From Batkoa obscura (taxonomy: Eukaryota), in assembly GCA_030770535.1 (NCBI GenBank), contig JASVEC010000024.1:434001-498000 (forward strand): a stretch of 64,000 bases of DNA, in the 5' to 3' direction. The translations under genes were made by a program, and so were the position numbers. The notes under the pieces are model-generated. The model saw only the letters and a program-made list of their open reading frames with translations, was not told the DNA's origin and did not search any database. Shown here in pieces: positions 15,683 to 28,129 of the stretch (its first letter is position 1; each line of letters starts with the position of its first letter).

Positions 15683-17270
15683 ATTAAGTATTAATAGATA
15701 AAAAGAATTGAAAACTAAATGAGTATTAATTTTATTTTAAAAGAGTCTTATTTGATCTTCTTATATATATTATTTCCAAACTATTTCTTACCCCATTCAA
15801 TTTAACTTTGCTTGAGTTATTAAGCATTTGCTTTAAAATTTAATACCCCTAACTCTCCTTAAACTCAACTATAAATTTCAATCTATTGTTTGAAATGGTT
15901 ATTTTTAGAACCACATAAAGTTGAAACTTACAAAAAAATTCTAGACAAAGATTTAACCCAATTTTTTGAAAATTTGATTGCGAAATTTTTAATATGGGCA
16001 TAAACTTAGTAATGGCTTCATAGCCATAGTAGCATTAAATTAATTTAGTGGGGGGGTATTGCTTACGCATGTGGTCACAGCCTCTCCAACTCTTACGAAT
16101 TTTTTAACTGCTCAGTTAATAGTAACTTTTATTAAAATTTCGAAAAAAGGGACTAGCTTTAAAAAAATTAGTCAAGTAGCTCAGCTGAAAAACTACCCCC
16201 AATTACTTCGCAAAAGAGTTAGAACAGAGCTTTATGCTAATGGGTATAAATTCAATAAACTTCAGCTTTCTAAAAGTAACTAGTTTGAAATTTAGCAAGC
16301 ATTTTAACATGTACAGCTTTTTGAATTTGTGATTAAAATAGTCATCACATCACTATTTTAAAGAATTTTGATATTTAAAATTATTTATTGTTTAATATTA
16401 TTGAGATGTCATTAAATTGTTGAAATAAAATAAACTAATAGTATGGTATTTTGGTAAAGATAGCATACAGGTGGATACATCACTTTTTATTATAAAGAAT
16501 TCTGAGTTTATAAAACTGGATTTCAACTAAAAATGGGAATTGAATTAAAAAAGCAGTTATTATTGACTTTTAATAAGACTAAAGCTTGGGAGATGAGTTT
16601 CTATTTTGTTAAAACTAATAGCAATTAGTATTACAAGAGAGCATCCTTTATTAAAAAATAGAATGCACCTATCTGATCGTTATTTCCTACCTATTTTTAA
16701 GCCTATTGTCAGTTACAAGTGAACAAAATTTTTATGAAACTTCGGAAAATAGTTGTAACTCTAAAAGTAAAAACCTAAGGATTTAGAAATTAATATTAAT
16801 AATCTAATTGAATTATGGATTAGATCTGTAAAATTCAACCATTAAATCTATATCAAAATACCAGAGTTATTGCTACCTCAAGTCGATCCTATTGTGATTA
16901 AGCTTTGCAATGAAAAAAAGTTATAAAATAAAATGTTAGAAATATCGGAAAGAGCGTGTTTACTATGATTTAGTAGTTTATACTATTGTGATTTGTAGTA
17001 TTGATTAAAAAAGCACTTATGTGGGTAACCTTTATTTTACCAATTATACTTGTAAAAAAATATTCTTTTTAAATTAAAATCAATATGAGGTTGGACTCAC
17101 TTTTAACTTACTTTTAAAAATTCACCAAAAACGCTTACCTTCTCTAAGTAACAATTTCATATATCATTTTGTTCAACATAATAAAAAGTATTTGAAACTA
17201 ATAATATTCTAGTCAATTATATGCTATAGTGCAATATTTATTAATACTTTTTAAACTTAAAAAAGTATAT

Positions 17271-17366
17271 GGGGATGTATTTTTGTGTTTAAGAACTTTA
17301 CTAACAAATTTTCCATTCAAGTAAAGCTTAAAAATGGAAAGAATAATGAAACCAAAAAACATCCCC
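17271..17366. mobile_element. MITE copy 1 (~97-bp GGGGATGT...ACATCCCC family)
   Basis: TIRs GGGGATGT / ACATCCCC, conserved internal core, flanked by (T)ATAT on both sides. Confidence 0.88.
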
Positions 17367-17668
17367 TATATAATTCACCCATTTCAACCAAATTTGGGTT
17401 ATTCGAGTTGCTGTTAAGTATAAAAGAAATTATAAGCTACAAAAAGCAAACAGCTATAATTTTTTATATTCATTCTTTAAAAATTAAAGAAAATGAATCA
17501 TTAAGGCCATTTTAAATCACCTTTCAGTTAAAGATATTTTTGACTTATTCATTTGGTCCAAAAAATAGAACAAAGCGATAATACTAATATTGTGAGATGA
17601 CGCGGCGTTAGACTACTATAATAGTTATTAATATTAGAAAGTAATAAAAACATCAATGAATACGGTAC

Positions 17669-17870
17669 AGGGATATTTTTTTTGGTTTCATTACTTTTTC
17701 CACGTTCCAAGCGCTATTTGAGGGTAAAAATTGTTAGTAAAATTCTTAAACACAAAAATATATCACCATATGGGGATGTATTTTTGTATTTAAGAATCTT
17801 ACTAACAAATTTTCCACTTAAATAGCGCTTAAAAAATGGAAAAAATAATGAAGTCAAAAAAGACACTCCC
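17669..17870. mobile_element. Two adjacent MITE copies in inverted orientation (17669-17767 and 17772-17870)
   Basis: Copies separated only by ATAT (17768-17771). The second copy is followed by ATAT (17871-17874). Confidence 0.88.
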
Positions 17871-18236
17871 ATATACTTTTATTTAAATATTTATCAGAAT
17901 AACTCTTTACTTTTAATTAGCAAAATTTACAAAAAAAACAATATAATTATATTAAAAATTGAAATATTAGCTTTAACAGCATTTTTTTATTTCTTATATT
18001 CATATTGTTCTAATTTATATAGCCTTCAAGTAACAGAATGCTGATTTGATATTGATGTATCATTCCCAATCTATAAATTGGTGGTTAATTCTAACACAGC
18101 CAACACTATGTTTAGAAGAATATTTTATTATATCTCTATTATTTTTATCAAGTTTATTTCAAATCATTTTAAAAGCACAAACTTGATTAAATTCATAAGG
18201 TTTGAGGCTTCTTTAACGATGAAATATTTTAATAAT

Positions 18237-18335
18237 GGGGATGTTTTTTTTGATTTCATTACTTTTTCTATTTTTTAAGCACTATTTGAGTGAAAAGATC
18301 GTTAGTAAAATTATTAAACAAAAAAATACATCCCC
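18237..18335. mobile_element. MITE copy
   Basis: GGGGATGT...ACATCCCC inserted in the F-box/LRR pseudogene tail, with AAT on both sides. Confidence 0.88.
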
Positions 18336-18861
18336 AATCTTAAGTTTTATTTTATATAATAAATTAAATAAAACCATGACTGTTGTTTTTGGTTTGGTGT
18401 AAATTTTATAAGTCCCCAAGGCTCACAGATGGTACTGTTCTAAAAAATTGGCAAAAGTTGAAGTAGGATAGATAATACTACATTTGTATTAGATTTTTGG
18501 TGAGTATCCTGAATCATATTGAGCTTTTACTTTTTAACATTTTTAGCTGTAGTTAAGATGGTATATTAATGTTAAGGATGTAAGTTTTAGACATGATCTA
18601 ATAAAGCCTTTTTGTTGTTCATGAAATGAAAACAGTCCAAAGGTTTTAAAAAAAGGTAAATTACACTTTAAAAAATCCTTTAATCATCTTGTAAAATATC
18701 TGAATAATTCAGCACAATTGCTAATGTAATGTTTCTGAAAAACTTGATTCTGTAAAAATATTGACTTTTTGATAAAAGCTTGAAACCAATTCTTATTGGT
18801 TATTAATTCCATTGTGTATCAAAAAAAACACTCAAAATTAAATTCAAATCGTGTAGCATTG

Positions 18862-18957
18862 GGGGATGTTTTTTGGCTTCATTACTTTTTCCATCTTTTA
18901 AGCGCTATTTAAGGGGAAAAATTGTTAGTAAAACTCTTAATACAAAAATACATCCCC
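18862..18957. mobile_element. MITE copy
   Basis: GGGGATGT...ACATCCCC with conserved core AAGCGCTATTT. TSD degenerate. Confidence 0.88.
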
Positions 18958-19049
18958 ACTATAAGAAAAAATTTAATAACAATATAAGAAATGAACCCTT
19001 AATTTTTGTTTTCTTTTAAATAATTATTTGCAACCTAAGTTAGTTCCAA

Positions 19050-20395
19050 AACGAATAATCTATTTTAATCTGAGAATCTTGTAAAAATGGTTATTAGACA
19101 AGTTTTGTACCACCTTACAAATGAAGATAAATGTAATTTATTTATATATCGTAAAGCATGGATTAAATTAACAATATCCTATATATTATTAGAGGATGTC
19201 AATGAGGATATATTTTACCATAAATATAGTAAAGAAATCAAGAAAGCCTTTAAAATATTTGGGTCTTATATCAAGTATTTAAAACTTGGGAGATAGTAAG
19301 ATTTACCAATTAACTCATTAACGTATCCAAATTGTAAAAATTTACATTTACGTTTGAACAATTACTCAAATAACAGAGAATTCGAATACTATTCTGTTAG
19401 TAGGCGTTCACTGTTCAGACGAAATAGATGATTTATTGACGAAAGAGTATTTGGCTTTTAATAGAATTAATATCAAAGAAATACTTTAAAACTTAGATCA
19501 TATAGAACTTCGCAATTTTAAGGACTATTTAGCAATATCAATAATAGCAGCATTACTACCAAATTTGAAGTCGTTAGTTATTAGAAATAAATTTAATCCT
19601 GGTACCCCATGTTTTGTAGAATTATTGAACAAGTTTTACAACCTAAATTAACTAGTGTTATACTTGAATTAGAGAAGTATAATTATCTTCTAGGAAAACG
19701 ATTCTCGGTATCAAATAAGTTAGATTTATAATGGACCAAAGTAAAATATTAAGATTTTAAAGAATTATGTATAAATTCAATTATGTAAAGTTTAAAAGAC
19801 TTTACAGTAAAGGATATTATCAGTTATTGTTTGATGGAATATAAAAGTTAAGATAATTAAAACTAACCCACATTAATTCATTTGAAGCCAACATAAATAG
19901 TCAGGCATTTCCAAAATTAAATTATTTAAAGTTAATAGAATTCAGAAATAAGCCATCTAGCCTTCTGTATTCTGCATTCAGTATGTTAATAATTACCTAT
20001 ATAAACTTGTCAATAAGCCATAGCAATCTCTCGCTCTTATTTAATGAAAGTTAGCCAAAAATGAAGAATAATATAATTACACTAAAGATTCAAAGGTTGA
20101 GTTTGGGGATAGACTTTTAGTTTCTTATATAATTTATACCCTATGTTACATAATATTAGTATAATTGATTGTCGATTCAATAATATATCGTTTTAAAAGT
20201 ATAAAATAATAGTCGACTTCAATTTAACTAATGTATTATTAAATCTTTAAATCAATTGCTTGCTCTAAATTTGGCATTTTTGTTGACTTAAATATTTTAA
20301 GAATATAAATTAAATTCATTTGGGATTCTAAATTGCACGTTTTTAGAATTGAAATATTTCAATAACTCTAAATACTACCCAGTAGGAAATAAAAT
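19050..20395 (+). pseudogene. F-box/LRR family pseudogene
   Basis: ORF 19087-19296 (VLYHLTNEDKCNLFI..W) is homologous to the N-terminus of 42722-44089. Downstream homology is broken by stops and frameshifts and ends in the KYFNNSKYY tail. Confidence 0.8.
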
Positions 20396-21092
20396 AATCT
20401 ATGATAACTGTATTTTTTTTGTTTAATTTATTTTAAAAAAGAAAAAAGTATTAATAGAAATCTATTGAGGAGCAGGCTTTAACTTAACGCACCTTAATTG
20501 AACTAAACAACATAGGCCTTTGGGGGGGGGGGTTATTTGCTATATTTATGTCATATTTCCTCTTTTTTTAATAAAAGATTTTCATTTCAAAAAAAGAGAC
20601 TAAATTATGGTGACTGAACTAATGTGCTCGAAATTAATACAGTAAAACATTTTATCAAGGAGTTAGATTACCAAGGGGTTTGACTAGCTATTATGTAGCA
20701 TAACAGAGAGATATTCATCATATACATAGAGTAACTGATCAAGGGTAAAGTAGAAGAGAGTAATCAACTAAGAAAATAACTTGAATTTGTAGAAAACTTA
20801 ACCTACTTTTAAACAAATTTATTAAATTCTCGTTAAAATGCCAAACATAATTTAATGACCTAAAAATTCGTCTATTAATGTAAGGAGTTGAGCAATATAA
20901 TTTATCTAACTTTTTAATCTTTTTAACCTCTTCTTAAATAAAGATAGCATAATTTTAAATTTTTAATCTATAGGTTATTTGAAACACATATGTACGTAGA
21001 ATACTACTCTATATGCTAAATTTTATTGCGACTTAATTTAATTGAAATTATAAAATTAAAGGCGAAGCTATACTAATATTATTTTATTATGG

Positions 21093-22166
21093 TTAGCAAA
21101 TACCACCTAACTTAATATCCCAAACTTTCAAATGATCAAATACCGAAGGGGCATACCATTTTGAAGCAGAACAATTAGGATCTTCTAAATAGCTATCATT
21201 ACAATAAACTTCTTTCTTCCCATTTACCCATATTTCATTATGATGATGATAATAATCAGATACCAGTTTAGCCTGTGGGGGCAAGTGAGCCACTAGATCG
21301 TTATTATTAACCACACGAGTTAAACTAAAAGCTTGTTGATTCAAATAACGCGCAAACTCTTTATCACCAATCCTTGGTTCACCATAGGTGAATACTGACA
21401 GGCTGTCATCTTTTAGACCTAAGTTTTCCCTTAATATTAGAGCGCTTAATGTAGCTATTGCTCCACCTAAGCTATGTCCAACTACAACTAACTTATATTC
21501 TCTATGTTCATTCAACAATTCTTTCAATTTATTAACGTATAATGGTAACAGATTTTCACTACATTGTTTAAATCCACGATGGACCCAATATTCATACTTA
21601 TTGAATACTATTGGATCCTTTAGAATTTTGACATCTTGAATGAAATTCTTTAATCTTGAACTTCCGCGGAAAGACAATACCACCGCTTTCTTATTTTTAT
21701 CAATTGCTAAATAAGCTTTAGTTTTTGTTGGCTTGTCAAAATAGGTATTTATATACTGAACTGGGGTTTTTTTACAATGAGAGCATGACCAGCTTTTTAA
21801 ATTTGCGTCAGTGCAGTAAGCGGCTCCAGCTAATCTAGCATAGTATTTACTAGTTTGAATGTCACTTACTTTTAATTGGGTTGGCATCTCAAACATACGT
21901 GAAGTTGCTCCCTCTTGTGGTTCTAATTTCACATTTTCTTTTAAATAGTTCAAATTTTCCATAAAATCTTTAAAATAGTCCTCCTCAACTGGGCTTTTGT
22001 CAGTATTGGCGCTTAAACTGAGTTCGTTACTAGTTGGTGGTAAGGCGCTACCATTATTGATAATAGTAGCATTACTATGAACACTTACAGAAGCCTGAAA
22101 GTGATGGAATAACGATATACCACAAAATAAAGTAATAAAGACTGGGTTGCAGTTATTCAAGAGCAT
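21093..22166 (-). CDS. Secreted class 3 lipase (fungal triacylglycerol lipase type), intronless
   Basis: Signal peptide plus propeptide, AAYC, SFRGS, VHRGF, GHSLGGA nucleophile elbow, TYGEPRIG, RVVNNNDLVAHLPP, CS..DH. Confidence 0.93.
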   Translation of the reverse strand: MLLNNCNPVFITLFCGISLFHHFQASVSVHSNATIINNGSALPPTSNELSLSANTDKSPVEEDYFKDFMENLNYLKENVKLEPQEGATSRMFEMPTQLKVSDIQTSKYYARLAGAAYCTDANLKSWSCSHCKKTPVQYINTYFDKPTKTKAYLAIDKNKKAVVLSFRGSSRLKNFIQDVKILKDPIVFNKYEYWVHRGFKQCSENLLPLYVNKLKELLNEHREYKLVVVGHSLGGAIATLSALILRENLGLKDDSLSVFTYGEPRIGDKEFARYLNQQAFSLTRVVNNNDLVAHLPPQAKLVSDYYHHHNEIWVNGKKEVYCNDSYLEDPNCSASKWYAPSVFDHLKVWDIKLGGIC

Positions 22167-23269
22167 ATTTATTGTAGATTATTATGTAATTAGACTTAAA
22201 ATTGAGGTTTGTTAAATATACCTCTACATTCTGGAAGTCTTTTATACTTTTTCGATAAGTATACATTTAGTATATCCACATTGTGATCTTATATTTTTAT
22301 GACCTTGTTACCTGGTAGAATTATGTTTAAAGAATATTTAGAATTAATTATTATAGTATATCCAATTAATGTGTATTTTATATTATAGTCTTAATGAAAA
22401 TCCTTTATTTTAATTAAATCATCTTCTATAACTCTATTTTTGTTATGACATATTCTACTTCCCTGCCACATTCAAATGTTATTACCCAACGAAATTAATT
22501 AAGCGCTAGGTTGGATTTAAATAAAATAGAATATCTTTGTCATGGGAAAAATAGAAATCCTTTATTTTATAGTAGAGTAACTGACTCAATAGGTTTTATT
22601 ACCACTTAGAATAACTCACGAATTTGGATCTCAGTTACTATTTGACTTTTTACTAAAAAATAGTGTTGTTATTTATTTGTATTTGTTTTTGATCTTTATT
22701 TTTAGTCTTTATTCTCCACATTTCTCTCAAAATTTCTATAATTTTACTTACTATTTATAACAATTATATTAAGTAATACTATTACCATAATTAGAATTTT
22801 AAAATTATTCTGCCTACAGCATCATGTAACACAGTTTTTTTATCTAATCAATATTGTGCCATTAAAGGGTAGTTGGATGCTTATTTAATTATTTAATTCT
22901 TTTCAATCAAGAATTAGTTTTTATGTCCGTTAAAAAATCAAATTTTAAGAATCAAAAAGTAGTTATCTATTTCTATGGTATATAAAAGAAATCATTATTA
23001 ATCTTAACCTTTAAAGGCCCTTGTAGATTTTAATAAAGCAGTTTAAACATTTTTTAGCTTCAGCTTTTCTTAGTTATTCTAATACATACCTTCATTATCT
23101 AAACTGGTTAAATAGTTTAAAAAATTAGTTTTTAGTTGACACCTGTTGCAGCTTTCTTGTGACTCCTTGGTGAAAACTTCTATGCACAAATTATTTTATT
23201 GTTGACTTTTTTAAGCCTAACCTTTACATGTCTATTATCTTTCAAAAAATAATAATTTTAAGCTACTTT

Positions 23270-24480
23270 CATGTTGTAAAGGATGTAATAAAATGCTGGT
23301 GCCTATGTTATGCGAGGATTTTAAAAGAGATGAATGCATATATAAAAAAGAAACGAGGAAAGCATTAGAAGTACGATCCTTATATTAGATGTTTATGTCT
23401 TAATCCTTTTTCGCATTTTCCACTTTATTCTTTCAGATATCCAAATTGTATAAAATTTTATTTGGGTTTCGATGATTATTTCGATAATAAAGAGGATTTG
23501 AATGGTATCGCATTAGTGGGTTTATGTTATAATAAGAAAAACAATGATATTTTTATTAAAGAATGTAAAGCTACAAATAGAGTTCATTTCAAAGAAATAT
23601 TTCAAACTTTGGAATGTTTAAAGATTGGTACTTTTAATCATTATCTTATTATGTCAATAATGTTGACCTTACCACCGACTTTAAGTTCATTGAATATTAA
23701 ATACAATATCAATGGAAGGGGTTTTTATCTCAAAGAATTGTTCAATAAACTTGATAATTTAAAAGAATTTAAATTAACTGAGTTTGAACTCAAATTGGAG
23801 AAGTATAGGTATTTGACAAGCAAACAACTCCCAAAATTACAAAAGCTATACATTGAATCCATGAAGATAATAGAAGTAAGGTCTGAGAGTATATGTATAA
23901 ATTTAAATTGCTCAAAAATTAAACCACTCTACTACAAAGAATTTTGTCCTACCCTAACATTTGATGGAATATCTAGCATAGAAAATTAGGGCTACCTTAC
24001 TTCAATTTATCTAAATTAAATGTAGATAATGTGATATTCCCAAAATCAAATCAGCTGAATTTAATGAGTTGTTACAATACTTCAGCTAATGCTTTGTATA
24101 CAGTATTTAATGTTAATAATCACATAGTTAAATTTAGACATATATCTTAGTGATTTATTTTTAAAGAAATTTATCTAAAAAAGGAAAATAACTTTATTGC
24201 ATTAAAAGCTGATGGGTCAATTTTACGAGCCGATTTTTTAGATTTTTTAGATACGTCATGTATTAATTTATGTGATCCTGAGGTAATACATCGTGAACTT
24301 GATACTGGTATACCATTTTTACATTATAGAACAGAGAAGATTTTGATTTAATTAGTATATCGTTTAAAAGAATCCCCTATCATAAGGCTAACGTTGCTAT
24401 TAGTCTCATTATAAACCATTTTAAAACATGACTTTGTTTGACTATAGATTATGAAAAAAAAATTCGTTTTGAATAAGATA
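23270..24480 (+). pseudogene. F-box/LRR family pseudogene (5'-degenerate)
   Basis: ORF 23462-23989 (LPPTLSSLNI..NKLDNLKEFKL..KYRYLTSKQLPKLQKL) aligns with the intact paralogs. Flanks carry frameshifted homology. Confidence 0.8.
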
Positions 24481-25099
24481 TCAAATAGATTATGTTTTTT
24501 TGTTCAAATTTTATTCAAGTTTTGTTTTATTGTATAGCGGATACTTTAAAAATATCTTTATAAATATTAATTGATATATAGATTAATTTAACTTGATTAA
24601 AATTTTGTTCAACTTAATTTTAGCAAAAATCTCAAATTAAGCAGCAAATGCTACAAGAATATTTACTTTTTTGATTACTTAAAATAACTTATATTGAGAC
24701 ACTTTTTGGCCAATTTTAATAGTTTTTTGAAAATTTTATGCTAAATATTAAATAGTCAAAAAAGTATAACTAAAATTTTTTAACTTTAACTGAGCCTTTA
24801 AGCTTACCCATATACAAGCTTTCATTTTTTAATAATACTTTAGCTTGTATTTAGAAAACATTATAACAAATCAAAATGTAACATTCAACTATACTTAAAA
24901 TTAAGTATACAAGCCTTTTATAAATATAAGCTTTATATTAAAAAATTTTATCATCCTGTTACAAGTCTGAAATAGAAATACCATCAAGATTTATTTCTAG
25001 ACTCTACAATTTTATTCGAAATATCAAAAGATATTAATAAAACAACAAAGTTTGCTTTTTATATATAACACTTTTTATGACTCCAGCTAATTTTAAAAG

Positions 25100-26422
25100 A
25101 ATAATATACTTAAATTTGAGAAAATTAAAAAGGTGTTATCTTACCTTTCTGATAAAGATAAGCGCAATTTGTATGCTATAAAGAATGGAACAAAGCAATA
25201 GTGCTTGTAGTAAGAGAGAACATCAACGAAAATATTTATGATTTTCAATACGGTAGAGGAATCAAAAAAACTTTTTGAGGATATAATTATTATACCAAAT
25301 AATCAAACCTAAAGAGATGTCCAAATCTGCCAAACTATCCCTTAGGATATCCAAACTTTACAAAGCCATGTTTACCTTTAAACATATATTTACACAACAA
25401 CCCTTTGAAAAATGTTCCATTATTAAGTGTTTATTCTAGAGATTTTATTAATATGAATTCAATTGTAAAATGTTTAACTTCAGATAAACTTGATAACAAA
25501 TATATATCTCAAAATTCAAAACATATAAGCCTCGAGTATGCGGATAAATATTTATAGCATTAGTAGTTCCTATACTACCATCAACAATAACGTTATTGGA
25601 TGCTAAAAGCTATTTTGATAATTTGGGCCCGTCTTGTAAACAATTATTGAATAAATTTAATAACTTGAAAGCATTTGAATTACACTGTGGTCATTTTGCA
25701 TTTGGTGATATTAGTTACTAAATAAAAAATATCCACAATTAAGCAAATTACACATTAAATGCGTAGATATGTTTTTTAAAGATATTTATATTGAAATATG
25801 CATTAGTCCCAATAACTATCCAAAGCTCAAATCGCTCATTCGTCAAAGTTGTTTGATACTAATGTTTGATGGAGCATCCAGTTTAGAAGAGTCAAAATTG
25901 AATGGCCTTGATCTATCTAAACAAAAATGAACAGTAAAATGTTTCCAAAAGTTAACCAGTCATATTTAAAGGATTATAGGAGCTTTAAACCTCAACCTCT
26001 ATATTCAATATTTAATATATCAACAGTCACGCACTTACTGTTAGAGATTTACAATAGGAATTCGCTATCTTTAATAAAAGAACTATATCCAAAAAAGAAG
26101 GAGAATACAATTATATTAAAGGCTGCAAAGCCGATTTTGGGAACTAGATCTTTTAATCTTTTATATCAGCTCTACCTTATTCAACCTTGAGATAACAAAT
26201 TCTCACCTTAATACTGATATACCTTTTTCAGAGCAATAAATAGTAGTCAATTCAAATCTCCCTAATCTATTATTTGAGTTTATTAAATGTCTGAAGCCTG
26301 AAGTTTTTATTGCTTTTATTTTAGTCTCTTTTGAGAATATAAACCATTTTAACTATATAGATTGTAAACGTGAATCAATAGTAAAATACATTGACAATGT
26401 TAAATGCTATTTTAGAAAATAG
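25100..26422 (+). pseudogene. F-box/LRR family pseudogene
   Basis: Fragments LSYLSDKDKRNL..EWNKAI, ORF 25927-26190 (FPKVNQ..LYSIFNISTVT..IKELYPKKK) and tail KYIDNVKCYF. Many stops and frameshifts. Confidence 0.8.
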
Positions 26423-28129
26423 AGATAAACAAAAACCTTGTTAATATTTTTTTCGTATAAGTTCATTTTACTACGTTTAATTTCAATCTATAATTTATGC
26501 TTTAAAATCCCTTTTATAGCATCAATTCTCATTTCTGGTTGCATTTTAACTTACTGTCAAAATGATATATTAAACCTCAGTCTTCCCCCATACCCAATTT
26601 AGAATATAAGCCTCACTATACCCTTCCTACTAGGCTAGACCTGCCCTTACTATTTCCTCTTGGTTCTACCCTCAAAAATATGTTAATACCTCCCAAACTC
26701 AAACCAGCTATTAATCTTTATCGTCCAGTGTCTAGGTAGGTGGATCTAGGCGTACGTATACCTTCAAAGCCCTATCCTCTATCAAAATTAAGGGCTATTT
26801 TTCCCAGCGGATAAAATCCCTCTTAAGTACCAATTTTTCAATTGAAGTTTTGCGATTGAACTATGATCAACTAATTTCTCCGGATATTTCAACTCGAAAA
26901 TTTCCACACCCCTTTATTTTTAGCAACTTTAGCTGATTTGATCAGTTATCGACTGACGTTCCTCTCGTTTTCAGGCCAATATTGTTGAATCAGTGATCTT
27001 ATCATTTATAGTTATCCATAACAAAAAAATGTTGCCAAATCCATCTTATTTCCTTTTTCACCTCTTTTGCTCTTTTCCCATAGCTCTTTTACTAAGGAGA
27101 TCACATTTTTAATCTTCAAACCAAAGTCTAGGAATCCTTTTGAAACTCTTGAATTACTAAAACCTATAATCAAGTCTCTGCCTTGCCTTTCACTTTTGTT
27201 ATGAAACTAAAGTTGAAATTCCTTTTCTTTCCAATTCCTTACATGGTTAAATTGATTTTTCTCTTTTATAAAATACAATTTCTTCAACGTTGAATTTTAA
27301 ATAGATATATATTAATAAGATAAGTATATCCATTGTTCATATTTTTGTATAGATTTCCAGTGCTTCTGAGGGAGTTCAAATTATATACTATCAAAGAGTA
27401 AAACTTAAGAGTGGTTTATTTCTCAAATTCAAATTAATAGATAGAGAAAATGGGAGTGGAAGTTTAAAGTATAAAAGCGAAATAATTTTATTACCCCAAT
27501 CCAGCATTAATTTGTTTAAATCTAGGTGAACTATACTTTATGACTTTATACTTCAATCGGTATAATTTGCTACATACAAAAAGATGATTGAATAAATGAG
27601 AACAAAACTAGTTTCAATGTCAGTAGGGAGTTTGGTATAGCTTGAAATATTAAACAAAAGGCTGTACTTGTGATTAAGGCTCCATTAAAAGAAAGGATAA
27701 AATAAATAAGTAGGTTAACAACTGTCTTTAAAAAAGTTAAGTGTCAGAAAAAATAATGACGGTGATTTGAAAGTTATTATATAAAGCCACAAAACTCAAA
27801 TTATTTAAGCCTAAAAGTGTTCCGTTTTGTTAAAAATTAAACCCAGTTTGAAAGGCTTTAATTAGAAAATACATCAAAATTGTCTACTACAAAATTTCAA
27901 ATGCTTTGATAAAAATATTACAAGTTCTTATAAATGTTAATTTTGAAATGTTTTAGAATTGATAATGATTAAATTATCAATTCTAAGTATTATTTTTTAA
28001 TGCAAAAATTGGTAAACTTTGATTTCAGTTCTATAATTCTTTAAAGTTAAATCACTAAAAAGTAAAATTAATAAATTTATCTACAAACTTCTTTTTCACT
28101 TAAATGTTTTAATATAAATTAATCTTAAA

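Larger units (their letters stand above)
17480..18358 (+). pseudogene. F-box/LRR family pseudogene with 3 MITE insertions and a large internal deletion
   Basis: Degenerate N-terminus (ILNHLSVKD..KK*NKAI..IL*D) and C-terminus (..KYFNN[MITE]NLKFYFI*) match the intact paralogs. The middle of the gene is missing. Confidence 0.7.

Noticed and set aside
16049..16200. G-run ... C-run (GGGGGGGTATT / AACTACCCCC) as a second MITE type
   Set aside because: Single copy in the window, short imperfect TIR and no clear target duplication.
17271..18957. Clustered ~97-bp repeats as a CRISPR-like array
   Set aside because: Eukaryotic context, irregular spacing, mixed orientation, TIRs and target duplications all indicate a MITE.
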